A stretch of 64,000 nucleotides of DNA from Neoechinorhynchus agilis (lineage: Eukaryota > Animalia > Acanthocephala), in assembly GCA_051530055.1 (NCBI GenBank), contig CM121341.1:8720784-8784783 (forward strand), written 5' to 3'. The number at the start of each line of letters is the position of its first letter. Positions within the stretch are counted from its first letter, which is position 1. The notes beneath the pieces are model-generated. The model was not told where the DNA came from, did no database searches, and saw only the letters and a list, made by a program, of their open reading frames with translations. Below, one piece after another: positions 11,601 to 24,096 of the stretch. Position numbers and translations under genes: made by a program.

Positions 11601-13167
11601 TGTACGAGCTGGTCCTTTAGAAAATATGAGCCGTTTTGTTACAAAAACATTTTTCTTCAATTCAAACTTACTTATTAGATTGACATATGCCAGGCGAGAT
11701 TGATGGCCACTGGATAATGGACTTGTCTTCGGTACTTGACATTGATAAGTTCCCATATCAGCTTCCTCGATGTTTCTTATGAAAAGATTGTGTTCACCTG
11801 TTAGCGAAAAAACGAGATGATTGACAAAGACACGAATTCTTGATTATTGGGGATTTCTCGCGATGTAATGAGGATGCGTAAAGGTAAGAATGATCGGAGA
11901 CACCGGCGAGCCATAATTGAACTTTAAAAAATAAAGTGCCGATTCCTACAATTAGAATAGGTTTCAAAAATAATTTTTCTATTCTTGGTAATTTCCTAAA
12001 TTCCTTATGAAAAAATTGTGTTCAACTGTCTTTGAAGAAGGAAAAAACAAGATACAGGGACCTCGGTTGAAATCATTATTTCGTTCCGTTTGGCGTTGAG
12101 ACACTCGGATCGTTTGGTATAGCGGCGCGAAGGACTTGGTCTAGGAATTGTCTGAGAGATTGAGACGAACCACTGGCGATCCGAGATCCTCCCTTCCTTT
12201 CGACCGTTACAGCACCAGGACGACAGCTCAGTGATCCAGAGCGTTGGTGAAAAATAGAAGCCATTTGTTGATTGCAGTAAAAATTAAGAGAGAGTAAAAA
12301 TGATTTTATTTGATTTCTTTGCTTGCTTATTTACTGAAAATGGACTAATTTGATTAATAGACAGAAAACCTTGTAACATCCATTTTCGCGAAAGAGAAGA
12401 GCTTCGATGCAACCGGTTACTATTTACACACTAATTTTAATTTAAAACATTGCGAAAACATTTTATGAACAGCATTATCTTAACTGCTTACATAATCATT
12501 CATTGCCCTAGAAAAAACTGTCAAAGCAAACCCGAATATTATCATTAAGTACAAATTTATGGACACATGACTTTTTAATTGTAATGGTTCTACTTAGTTT
12601 CTAATGGGAGGAAGTCCAAATTTGTCCTTAAATTATTCCCGTCCTGCCATTTGAAGTTTCTCCAATCGAATCTATAATTAGTTTGAGCAATTGGATTATA
12701 TTTCGCATAAATCAAAAAACTTAAGAATTTTCATAAATGGGTTTTTTTGGTTGGAACCCACGTTTTTTGCTCAACTTTTCACATCAATTAAAACCCTTCC
12801 ATTTTTGCACACCACATTAGCAAATGACTGGTACCTTCGGTCCATTTAGACTACTAACCTTTTCTAGGATCACCAACGATACTATACCGAGGATAAGCAG
12901 GAAGAGACCGAGTTTTTCCAGCGTACAGAATCCGTTTTGGCACCAGATCGCTTGTTTTGTTGGATCATTTAGAATGCAGTAGAGTGTAATATTAACCGAT
13001 GGTTCAGTCAAGATATTCTGCGGTTGCCGCTTAAAGATACTTATCGAATCTAGCTTCAGTAATGAGTACGAGTCAGTTGTTAATTTTAGCTCACCTGCAA
13101 CTATTGAGGGTACGCTCATTAGAATAAATGAAGCAATAACTGTTAGTAATGGCCTATTTAGGTTCAT
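8658..13167 (-). CDS. Kirrel/Neph/nephrin-like Ig-superfamily adhesion receptor (signal peptide, about 5 Ig domains, TM, C-terminal PDZ-binding STV)
   Basis: Spliced reading gives YPRYSIVGDPRKG|EHNLFIRNIEEADMGTYQCQV, a nephrin/Kirrel-type Ig1. GT-AG introns at 11798..12858, 10708..11160, about 10498..10552 and 10161..10211. TM is LWSAIVGIMIITSILSIAVIIL; the protein ends QQSTV*. Two single-base frameshifts (about 12920 and 8790) must be corrected. Confidence 0.8.
10969..11133. repeat. Foldback/MITE-like element with about 60-bp inverted arms, inside an Ig-gene intron
   Basis: 10969..11028 is the reverse complement of 11074..11133 with about 1 mismatch. Confidence 0.9.
12060..12230 (+). mobile_element. 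CRE-clade non-LTR retrotransposon, 3' fragment
   Basis: Translates as FVPFGVETLGSFG..KDLV.ELSERLRRTTGDPRS, matching the end of the RLE ORF at 38961..39578. Confidence 0.8.
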
Positions 13168-15245
13168 TCTTTGTTGATTCGGTGGTTGTCATTGAATAGA
13201 TGGAGCAGTTGGAATCGCCATAGGTGGCGGCTCTGTTGGTTTTTCGTCGGATAATCTGTAAGAGTGATTTCCCTGTAGGGGAGCGCAAATATTTACTACA
13301 CTCAATTCGCTCGTTGAAGCTCTTTATTAGAGCACCTGCTCGGGAAAATCTGACAGGAGATTTCGATGGACGGGTCTTATCGTCGATTTGTCAGAGGAAA
13401 AATGGATAGGATTTATCAGTACCACGTGTGTGAAAGTTATCGCCTTCGACGGTGTAGATCTTCATTTGTCAAAAGGAGGAGATGGCAGTTATGTGCGGTT
13501 AGGGTGGAGCAATCAAAAATGATGTGTCATTTTGACACGATTTCAATTAAAAAGGTGGAGGAAGCGCACAAATAGTAAAATCGTTGAGTCCACATTGCTG
13601 TGTTCTACAAAACGAATGGAGTCTATCGATCGACGTCGGACGTTTGGTCCAAATAAAAGCGGTTTGCTATGATGAAAAGAGCCATCTCCGGGGGATTCCC
13701 GGCTTTTGTGTCAATCATTCTCCAACGCGTATGGAAAATATGCGATGGACAATAGCGATGGATCGATTGAATCTCTTATCTTTACATGTGATACAGTGTC
13801 CTAAATTGCACCACTGGGACAAGGGCAAAGTGGTGATCGAGGAAATATAAGAGAGATTAAAATGACCAATAAAGACACAAAAGGTGTCAAAAGAACCGTT
13901 TTGGTTCGTGTCTATAACGGCAAAGTGCCACTCGGTTCCTTCTAATCTATTCGCACACCCACCCAGCCTTCAAGTCAAAATATTCAAATAGAACAAGCGA
14001 CGGCTACTGTTGTGGCTGCTGCCGAGCGAGAGCGAGAGATGGGGTATAGTCGTAAATTATTAACAACCTGAAGATGATGTCTGTTGGTTTTTAGGACGAC
14101 GACCGAGTGATCGACATGAAGAAAAATGCTTTTAACTTTATCAGGACAGGAGCGGAAATGGAATGTGTTTAATATTCTTCGGTCGATTTAGAAGAGTGAC
14201 TGGACTGTCACGGACTCTCCGGTGCCGATAGACAGAACCCTGAAGCTTTCCTCGTCGATCGAAACCATAGTTTAATTGCCTCCTGTACAAACAACTTCTT
14301 CTCTTGTGGGGAACCATCGCATTTTAAAAGACTAATGACAGAGTTTTAAAGGAAAAGGCACACTTGGTGTGTATTGATCGATTGAGCAAATACAGGGACT
14401 TTCCCAGGAAAAGATTGGAGAAGATAAACGTTACTTTGACAGTGCCAAGGATCAGCTATAATCCAGTGAGGGATAAAACACCTGTCATTTCCCACGGTCT
14501 ACCGCATTCTGAGATAGTCTTAGGCTGTTTTTATCCCGTTCAGATCTTCGTTGTTTTGGAAGATGTGCTCTGAAGTAGAAGGAACATCTCGACCGTTGGC
14601 CAGACGTCGCCCACATAATCAACTATGATGATGAATGGTTAATCATGTCGAGCGACCGAATTCCTAAACCTCTTCCTCCTGATTTTCTAGACCAATCCTA
14701 AATAATTAGTACGATCCTACTAATGAATTAGACATTGTTAGGACATTCCTTGAATGCGAGGACGATCTTTTGGTCGTTCGTACGCTTCTCAATATTAGAC
14801 CGAGCAACCAAGTGGAATGGAGCAAATGGAAGCGTGTGCCGTGTTTGTGTGATCTCGAGCAGAGAATCTTGAGAGAGACGGTTGTGTTATAACGGCCATA
14901 TTAATCTGCAGCCAAAAGACTTTTTGTTTCAGTTAGGATAATTGTTTTTAAACTCGTCTTATTGGGCATTACAGACCAAGAATAATGCAATGAACTTCTA
15001 ATTTGTACTTTAACTAATTTATACATGAAGTCCTGCCTTTATTCATCCTCATTCCAACCAACAAGAACGCGTGACAAACATCTTCGGCAAGCTGTACTCT
15101 AAGAAATGCAAAAATTTTCTATAAAATCATTTAGAAACCTTCTAGATAAACCGAAATTCTTAAATCTCAGTAAACTTAAATCGATCGTATAAAGTGTTAT
15201 TATTCGTACCGAACTTGCAACAACATCTTCAAACATAAAATTGTT

Positions 15246-15424
15246 ATTGTACGTTGGCGAATATTCATTTGAGAAATATTTCACAAGGTTTTCCTTGCCT
15301 CGTCAGTATTGTTTGTCATTAATAGACGCTTAATAGAAACTGAAGAGGCAAGGAAAATCTTGTGAAATATTTCTCAAATGAGCAACGATAACACCGGCGG
15401 GGACAGGATTCGCCAACGTACAAT
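15246..15424. repeat. Foldback element with nested inverted repeats
   Basis: Outer arms 15246..15262 / 15408..15424 (17 bp, perfect); inner arms 15265..15301 / 15345..15381 (37 bp, 1 mismatch). Confidence 0.9.
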
Positions 15425-16777
15425 CAAATTCACCCCGAGCATACACCAATTTCATTTAAATCGATTTCAAGGCTGTTAAATTTTTAGAAAAATCAATCAT
15501 GACAGAAGTTATGCTTTGCCTGTACAGTTCTCTAATCTTTATTAAATGAATTATTCGTATTTTGTAAAAATAAGAAATGCCTTTCAAGCTCTCTCTCTCG
15601 AGCTTTCACCAATTTCAAAATTATCGTATTCAATTTTTTTTATCACTTTATGGTGTGGGAGACAATTAACACCTATAAAAACCTTAAGTAAAAGAACTGC
15701 AATTGTAAAAATAATTCAGATATGCCGATGTTTAACCTTTGTACAAGATTTATTGGTTAGTCTTGCAAGTTGCGCATGTGAGGGAAATGCTTAAACTTCG
15801 CTCGTTTGTCGTGTATTTTAATATTTGGAATTCTAATCATTTCTAATGGATTCGTAGTCAGCGGTTTGACTGCATGGATTCCCGAGAGAGGACGAATGAC
15901 GGGGTTTTAAAAATTTCTTATTAAGAATAAAGTGCCAACAACTTTATTGTGTTTCCTAAGTACCCGAGAACTTTTCATGAAGCTAAATAAATGATTTTTA
16001 ATCATTCGGCACCGTCATTCTGCATCATTGGCGCAAAATACTGAAGCAAGATTTTAAAATAAATCGATTTTTATAAGCAATAAATACGAAACGCATAAGT
16101 GAAGGTTTGTCGTACCGAAAATAAAGTGGAACAAGTTTATTTTTCTTTGATACGGTTTTTTTGGGCTTAATTGAACCAACTGCGAGTCTTGAGACGTCCA
16201 TGAACTGACAGTGTTCACGATTTCCTAACCTCATTTATAATTAAATCGATTGCATTTGTCCTTGACGTCTAAAAACTGACAATGTTCTTGGCATTACAGC
16301 AGCGACGACGACGATGATGAACAATCCTACAATCGTAGGACGCATTTCTCGTCGAGAAAAACGTGCTCCACACACACAAACTGTCGCTTGTATTGTTCAT
16401 CAGTGTCGTTGATGTGTGGTTGCGGCGGTTGTGGCGGTTGAAGTTTCGAGACCTCAATTGCTAACTACTAAAAGACTGCACGTCCGCTGGAGAATAAGCG
16501 CATATGAGGCGCTGAGACACTTCGGCGTTCGAAGGGGGCACTCGTCTCTGTCTCTCCTAAATTTCGGGAGAACGTCAGTCCTATAGGGAAAGGGAATGAG
16601 ACCAATTCTGTATGACTACACCGCTGGACGAATCAACTAGCGATATCTACTTTGCTTCCTCTCCATTGCTGCTCACGGTCCACCGTTTTCTATAACGTAC
16701 ACCGAAATGAGTAGCAAAATTTTTAATGTCTCGACAACTGCCGCTCAGTCTTCTTTTTTTAAACTTTCAGAGAAATC

Positions 16778-19700
16778 ATGTCTTGCTGGGGCACAGAGTT
16801 GTGGGTGAGGATCGTAGACCGTCTTCAAAAATCTCTCATTTGTTTTGCCAGGATCAATTTGATTCCATTCTAAAGTACGAAGACCGAAGTGTTGGATTCT
16901 GTGAGACCATAGAGAATTTTATCAAGGAAAGGTCGTTTATTGAAGAGGAGTACGCCAAAGCTATCAGGTTTGTTCAGAGTTTATCTTTCCATAGATGAAA
17001 TAAACACAGACGATTGGTAAAATCCGTCCAAGCTTGTGTACCATTGGATGCGATTCTACGAAGCGGTGCAATTAACGGTACTACTGGTTCTGGAGTATTC
17101 ACTACTAATGGTAGTAATGGAAAAGGTAGTCTGCCTGTTCGAAGCAGTCTTATCTCAACTGGTGGTTCGTCAACTAATGGAGCAGCCATCTATGGCAGCT
17201 CGAATAAAACACCTACCTTATGTGCTGGCGATTATTTTAATTCGTAAGTGCTCTTCTGTTGATTGCTTGGCATGATCTGCAACAACCTTGACTTGACATT
17301 TTATACATATCATTGGATGTTCGTGTCAGATTTGATATAGAAAAATACTCTTTTCCGCAGATTAACGCTGGTGTAGATTATGTTCGCCATCTTTATCAAT
17401 GTCGCCCTTTAATAGTTAACGTATTTATCCTCTTTTTTTTAAGGAGAGAAATAAGAGGACCGAAAAATACGTGACATTTACCTTCATTTTGTTCGTTGCA
17501 ATCCTGCAATAAAATCACCATCGGTAAAGTTTTTTGCAGGATTCGCAAAATTCCAATTTCAATTAGCGATATTCACTCAGAAATAGATTTATATTGAAAC
17601 AATAATGATTAATTTCTTTACAATTCGCAAAATTCAAACATAGATTCCTTCTTCGCGTTCTAAATCGGTGTTTAAATTTGATAGGAAATAGTACATTTGA
17701 AATAGACCTTCTTTGATCAACTCAAAGCTAACAATCTCAAATGCAAAAATACTTTTTCTATTTTTAATGACTCCCCCTTCCATTATGTATTATATTTGAA
17801 TTCTTATCACCGTGATTAATCGTTTTCTTTAAAAATGGGTTTCTTAAATTGCGTAACTACTGCTCGAATATTGGATAATTATACGCTTACCAAGTTGTAC
17901 TGTTTCGTACGTCCAAACACTTTAAGGTAGCATTTATTTATTATCAATTAAATTTTTTATCTTCTATACAAAGTTTCCTTGTGAATAAGTTCGCTTAAAT
18001 GACAATGCATAGTCCTGAAATTGAGTTTAAAAAAAGGTTGAAACCTTTGCTAATTCTAAATGTGAACGTATAGCTTGCCACTTATACATTTCTCAATTAT
18101 GCTCCACAATAAAGGGGTTTCTCGAGAAATTAGACTTGTTTCTGCTTCTCGATTTTTCATTCAAATCGTAATTCATGCTTATTCTCGCTCTTGTCGAATT
18201 TTATACGACTAACTTCAATCAAAATATTTCTCTAGTATTATTTAGTTTGTCATTGAAGGCACTGATTATCCGCTAGCTATTTTTTCCGATTTCATCTCTA
18301 GGTGAAATCATCTTAAACGAACACATCATCCATCCTTTTGTTTGTTCAGAATGTCCTTTGTACAATCGTTCGCAAAAATTGTCCGCGAACATCAAGACAT
18401 TGCTAGTCAACACGAACTCATTTCCGAGAATCTTCGATCGGGTGTATTAAACCGAATTCAGGAACTTGTAAATCGCGTCTATCAGTGGGTCCTCTGATAA
18501 ACGCTTCTTTAAAAGAAATTCGGGATCAGAAGCGGCGATCAACAGAAGCCTATAAAGAACGTAAACGTGAGTTGGAAAAGTTCTTAGAAGCCATGAACAA
18601 GGTATTTTTACTCGTATTTCTTTATCCAATTTGGTCTTTAGTCACTTCGGAAATACGAGCAAGCATACCAACTATCGTCAAAAGCGACTGATGCTTACCA
18701 GCGTGCAAATGAGGATATTAACCTATCTCGAGCTCAAGTAGAAAAGGCGCGATTGGTGATGAACAAACGGAACACGGAGTGCGAGCAAATTCGCCTTGAG
18801 TACAGTGCTCAAGTTGAGAGGTTCAATGACGCAAAGAATGCATTTTACCGTGAAGATTTGGTTCGTGTGTTTGGAGAACTTGAAGAATTCAATTCGAACA
18901 AAATCAACCAACTTAAAGAGTGCTTTAAACGTTTCGTTGATGCTCACAGTCAAGTAGTACCTCGTGTGCAAGATTGTCTCACTCAAATGAGTGAGGCTGT
19001 GGTGATGGTAAATGCGGACGTTGATTCAGTTTGCTTAATGGATAATTTAAAGACGGGGTATTCACATCCTGAGAATCAAGCACCCGTGGATTTGAGGAAT
19101 GAACGTGCTACCAGAATCACGTCGGATTCTGTGGGACTGTTTGGTAGGAAAGGAAGCGGTGGATCGACGAGTGGTATGTTCACTGTTATTTCTTCGAATG
19201 GCAGCGGCGGAACATTTGCGTCCAAGTCCAACACAATTAGACGTGTAAAACGGATTATCACTTCTAGAAAGGTTGGATTCATTCTTTAGAGAAGAAACGC
19301 TTAGATCCCACGAAAAACAGAAACTTACAAGTGCCACAAATAGCAGTCTTGAAATTAGTCCTTCAGATTTCGATAGCCTTCCTCCAGCTCAGCGACTAAA
19401 GAGGTATCAAACTGTTTTGATGGATCTAAACAGAGAAATAGAAACAAAGAAGAGGGAAAGGTTCGTATCGTTTAAAACCTGTCATTAGCTCCAATTTTAA
19501 TCTTGAGTTCTTATCAAAAAGATTAGCTAATATTATGCTCAACTAAATATTTAACTCAGCTCCATTAATGTCTCATTTTCAGCTTTTTCCGTCAACTTGC
19601 CCAGACTTTTGAACGAATAATGATGTGTTTTGAAATAGAGTAATCAATGATATTATTTTTAAAATATAGGGAAGCTCTTTCAAAAATGCAATCAATATAT

Positions 19701-20242
19701 ACTGAAAATCCCCGGTTTGGTGAGACGGAAAAAGTCGATGAAAAACTTCATCAAACGGATCTAACAATTGTAACCCTTAGTACTCACGCCAAGAAGTTTG
19801 AAGTAAGTCTAAAAAACTTTGAACAGGAAAGATTTGATGGAACGTTTAGACTTTAATATCAAATGTGATGAAATTAAACGAGTCTCCTTCTTTAACTGAA
19901 CATAAAGACGAAGAACAAAGTTCGACTAGAGACGATGGCGCACCAGACTTATCGATGATTCAAGAAATCGATACTTCGGCACGAGAACAAGTCACGATTG
20001 TTGGAAGTGCTATAACGCAGTACGCTTTTGATGCAGTTCAACACGCTGCTGTGACCAAAGGATCCCACGGAAAAGTGAATATGCTTAGTTTCGATGCCAT
20101 GGAGGAGATGGACTTGCTAGAACCCGATTTAGGAGATGGGTGGATCAAAGTTAGGAGACGCACTACATGTGAAATTGGATTCGTCCCAAGTTCGTATTGT
20201 AACATACACATGTTCGACCGGATCGTTGTCGATTTCAATTGA
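16778..20242 (+). CDS. FNBP1: F-BAR + HR1 + SH3 protein, FNBP1/CIP4/TOCA family; join(16778..16804, 16852..16967, 17010..17243, 18350..18474, 18516..18601, 18642..19271, 19321..19460, 19670..19802, 19850..20242)
   Basis: MSCWGTELW|DQFD start, QHELISENL, HR1 DFDSLPPAQRLKR and SH3 DLGDGWIKVRR...GFVPSSY. Seven GT-AG introns and one probable GC-AG intron. Confidence 0.88.
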
Positions 20243-21270
20243 ATTGACTAATAAGTTGCGGAGGCGCGTATTATTTGCAAATATATTGAATCTCACCGTA
20301 TAGAACCCTTAACTAAAATCTTATTCCGTACCTAAAATCCTTTTGTCTTATCCTTTACGGATTTTTCTGTCTTTTGCAACCTTTCCAAATCTCACGGTGA
20401 AGAGCTACTCAGCGAGAACTGGGCCACTCTTACCTTCAAAATTCGTATTCCTCGTGCACAGGTGTAAGAGTTCCTTCTATTCAGATTCAATTAAATTCCA
20501 GCCTTCTAAATTGCGTTCAAGTATGGCAAGGTTGATCGCTGAGTGTGCAATGGCACTTTTGTGAATTGGCACTTGACATCAGCAGAAACAATTCTATATT
20601 CTGATTTTGCGTGGGCCTTCAGTCTTCAAAAAAAACTCTACACCCGACGATACTGTGTGCTTGATACATATTCGGTGTCTTCCCATTGCTGGATCGATGG
20701 GGTTTTTTCAGGATCAATCCTTCCACGTTTCATATTTTCTCGTATAGATCGGAACTCTGGACCTAAAGGGGTATCCACAGCCATCCAATGGTAGTGTTCT
20801 TCATCTACAACACAGAATCCTCTGACTATCTCCTTGATTCGGTAAAAATTATTCAGAGCTATGATCAGTCGTTGGGGCAAGTTAGTCCGTTTAATTCTGT
20901 TTCCTTTATGTAGCAATACCTCCACTTTCCATAATGGATTTATGATTCCAGCAGAATTGGCCTTAGATATCATCTTCTCGATTTCAACGTGTAATCTCAT
21001 GTTGTGGAGTTTGCCGAAAGGAATGAAGTCCGGTCCATAATTGAGCGGCTCCATAATATCGGATGTTAAGATAATCCGTGAGAAAATGAACACTAAGTCA
21101 TTTGATATGCGTGTATCAAAGTAATGTCTCTTTGTTAGTGCCACTAATTTCCCACAATGTCGTTTACGTATCATGAACTCTCCTTGAAAATCATCCCGAT
21201 GAAATCTTGGAGAATTATAGATGCCTCCACCATTCCTACGGAGAAATGGCGCATTCGATTATCTAGTTGC
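20243..21270 (-). mobile_element. Decayed Penelope-like retroelement fragment
   Basis: ORF 20638..21174 contains LNYGPDFIP, resembling the PLE N-terminal motif. Downstream reading IVSADVKCQFTKVPL resembles PLE RT motif A. The 5' limit is approximate. Confidence 0.65.
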
Positions 21271-21496
21271 CGTCCATGTGTCGACTTAGATTAGCGGATT
21301 TAAATTCACTAATTTATTTCCCCGAGAGTGACCGTTTTTGCGAAAATCAATATACAATGACACACTCTGAGGAAAAGTCGAAATAAATCATCGGTGAATC
21401 TAAATCCTAATGGTAGTTGCAAAACTAAGAAAAAGAAAGTCTCTTTTCACCTCCCTTTAAAGATAACTTTAGCTTCGATACCGAAAAAAACACCTT

Positions 21497-22321
21497 TTAA
21501 TGCTTTTTAGCTCCCTTCGAGGGGCAAATCTCAACATTTGAAGTTTTGGGAATAATAACGAACCCCGTGACTGGTTTCGGTATCATGATTGAATCGATCA
21601 TTAGAAAAACAGGTTTACATATTAAGATTGTATTGTAACTGCCGGCGCGCGATGAATAGCATTGATACCGTCGACGCATCGTAACTCCAGGAGGCATTTC
21701 CTGCCTATAAAATGTCATTCCATCATAACTCCCTTCGCCGGTGTTGCATTTCACATCTTTTGGTATCTTAAACCGCCGAAAATTTGTGGAACTGCTCACA
21801 GCATATCTCTTGATGTTATCCCGTTCAAGTCTGAATAATTCAATATCACCGTCCTCACACCGCTCAAACACTTCACACTCCAAAGCGGTTCCCGGATTCA
21901 TCACTAGCAATCGATATCGATATCCCATTGATCTGCTCCGCCGAGGACGCAACCTTTGCGACCAGGGAGTATCAACTTTCGCTGTCGATCTTGAGCGTTG
22001 GCGTCTTTTCCTATTACCATCAATCGAGCGACCTTTCTTATTCCTATCAATCGAGCGACCTTTCTTGTTTCTATCAATCGAGCGACCTTTCTTGTTTCTA
22101 TCAATCGAGCGACCTTTCTTGTTCCTATCAATCGAGCGACCTTTCTTGTTCCTATCAACAGCCAAGGAACCTCCATCAAAGACGCTATCCGGCAGCAATT
22201 GAATGCTCGTGAAATCACCAGAATTCCTTAGTCTAGCTGAAAGCTTACGCATTTGTTCTTCATGGAGAAAGGAATCGGCACGCAGCTCCTCAATAATCGA
22301 TCCATCATCTGAATCAAGCAT
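21497..22321 (-). CDS. Orphan 274-aa protein with an acidic N-terminus, about 6 tandem 9-aa basic repeats (SIDRNKKGR), an RS-rich linker and a globular-looking C-terminal half
   Basis: Uninterrupted long ORF. The ATG at 22321 follows tttccatttaag|, like the other genes. TGACGTCA/TGACGTAA motifs lie upstream at 22474 and 22503. Confidence 0.7.
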   Translation of the reverse strand: MLDSDDGSIIEELRADSFLHEEQMRKLSARLRNSGDFTSIQLLPDSVFDGGSLAVDRNKKGRSIDRNKKGRSIDRNKKGRSIDRNKKGRSIDRNKKGRSIDGNRKRRQRSRSTAKVDTPWSQRLRPRRSRSMGYRYRLLVMNPGTALECEVFERCEDGDIELFRLERDNIKRYAVSSSTNFRRFKIPKDVKCNTGEGSYDGMTFYRQEMPPGVTMRRRYQCYSSRAGSYNTILICKPVFLMIDSIMIPKPVTGFVIIPKTSNVEICPSKGAKKH

Positions 22322-22689
22322 CTTAAATGGAAACACAATATCATGAAAAAAAACAAGTCAACAAAACCTGAAATTTAAAGCTTTCAATCTGGTCACCAAA
22401 TCTGTTCCAGTTGAATAGATTATCGAAATGAACAGAACGTGTAACGTAAACGCGACAGAAAAGAGAAAACGTGTGACGTCATTGAGTCCACATACCAACT
22501 CATGACGTAACAAAATCTCTAGGATAAAATGCCAATTTTAATTTCGATCTTCTGTGCCTCCTAAATTAAATCTATAACTGCTGATATGTCAATTAAAACT
22601 AATTTTTGAAATTAGCAAAGATTATATTCGCTTTTTAAAGTTCTTTTTTAGTCGTCTTGGGACATTCCTCTCGTTCAGAAGATTCACAA

Positions 22690-23390
22690 CTCTTTCAAAG
22701 ACATTCTGGATGAGGTGTCTCAGGCCCGGCTGGTAGCCTGTTCCACGAAGGAGTCGGGAGCGTGGCTGAATGCTCTCCCTGTAGGTAAACTTGGAAATCT
22801 CCTTGCTGACTCAGTCGTCAGGGTCGCAGTATCCTTGAGATTAGGCCTACCGATTTGCATCCCGCATCGCTGCCGCTGTGGCACTATAGTGGACTCTTCG
22901 GGGAGACACGGTCTCATATGCAAGACGTCAGCGATTTCCAAGGCATGCTGGAATCAATGCCATTCTGAGTAGGACTCTAAAAACGCTTTCCCAAACATTC
23001 TAGAACCCACTAATCTTTGTAGATTGACCGTTTTTCCTTGGCGGGAGGGAAGATGTTTACGTGTGTGGACACGTTGGCAAACTCCAACATCAGACACTCG
23101 AAAAAAGGTCCAGAAGGAGCGGCGACGGCTGCAGAGGATCGGAAATGCTCAAAAATTACCATTTGCCCCTTCGGTGTGGAAACGTACCTTGGGAGGGTCG
23201 GCACTGGCCCTCCTCGTGAAGGACTTGGGGAAACGAATCAATGCGGCGACTGGAGAGCCAAGATCGACTTCGTTCTTGGCGCAAAAAATAAGCATTGCGG
23301 TGCAGCGGGGCATTGCGGCTAGCATTTTGGCCAGCGCCGATGAATCGCAGCGTCGAAGAAACTATAAATTATGTATGCTTGCTTAAAAAT
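22690..23390 (+). mobile_element. CRE-clade retrotransposon 3' fragment (RLE endonuclease region, frameshifted)
   Basis: ESGAWLNALP...VSLRLGLPICIPHRCRCG..DSSGRHGLIC and PFGVET..KISIAVQRG. Confidence 0.88.
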
Positions 23391-24096
23391 TATGTCTTAA
23401 AAAAAAGTGAAACGATTTGTTTATGTCGGCACTTCGGTCGGATTTAACCAAAGAAACCTTTAATTTTTGTGTCGAAGGATAAAACGCATGAGAATAATAA
23501 AGATCAATCAGAATCGTATTTGAGAAAACTGGAGATAGCTCACCTTGAAGAATAGAAAATTTCAGAAAACCAAATTCGAATTTCAAACTAGGCGAAAAGA
23601 TCTCATGACTAAAACGAACCGTGGAGAGTCTTTATAGAAGAAATGTGGCCGAAACAATAGATCTCACCTTTCATCCGTCGAGAGCTCTACTGACATTTTC
23701 CGACAGCTTTGGCGAAGGGGACTTTGTCTCACAAGTGACATAAATGCGCCTAACACGCTCATGAATATACTGATAAATTTCTCTAAGATAACGAAAAGGT
23801 ATCCGTCTTTTTTTTTAATTTTACTAAGAGATGACTTTTGGAATGGTTTCTAAAAAAAAGGTGATTTACGATGGTATTAGAAATCAATGCAAATACATTG
23901 TTCCCGATCAAAATCCAACAAGTGGCATGTAATAGCAAACAAAAAAACCACAAAGGTGATGTGTGGGAGCGTCGAAGAAACTATAAATTATGTATGCTTG
24001 CTTAAAAAACTCTTTCGTTAAAAAAAACAAAGTTCTTATAAAAGCGCTTAGAAAGCTTTTAATGATGTATTAATTTGGTGAAAATACTCCCGGTAG

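Noticed and set aside
14405-14461. KRYFDSA, similar to the endosulfine/ARPP19 FDSxD motif
   Set aside because: The motif is incomplete, a stop follows within four codons, and no flanking similarity is seen.
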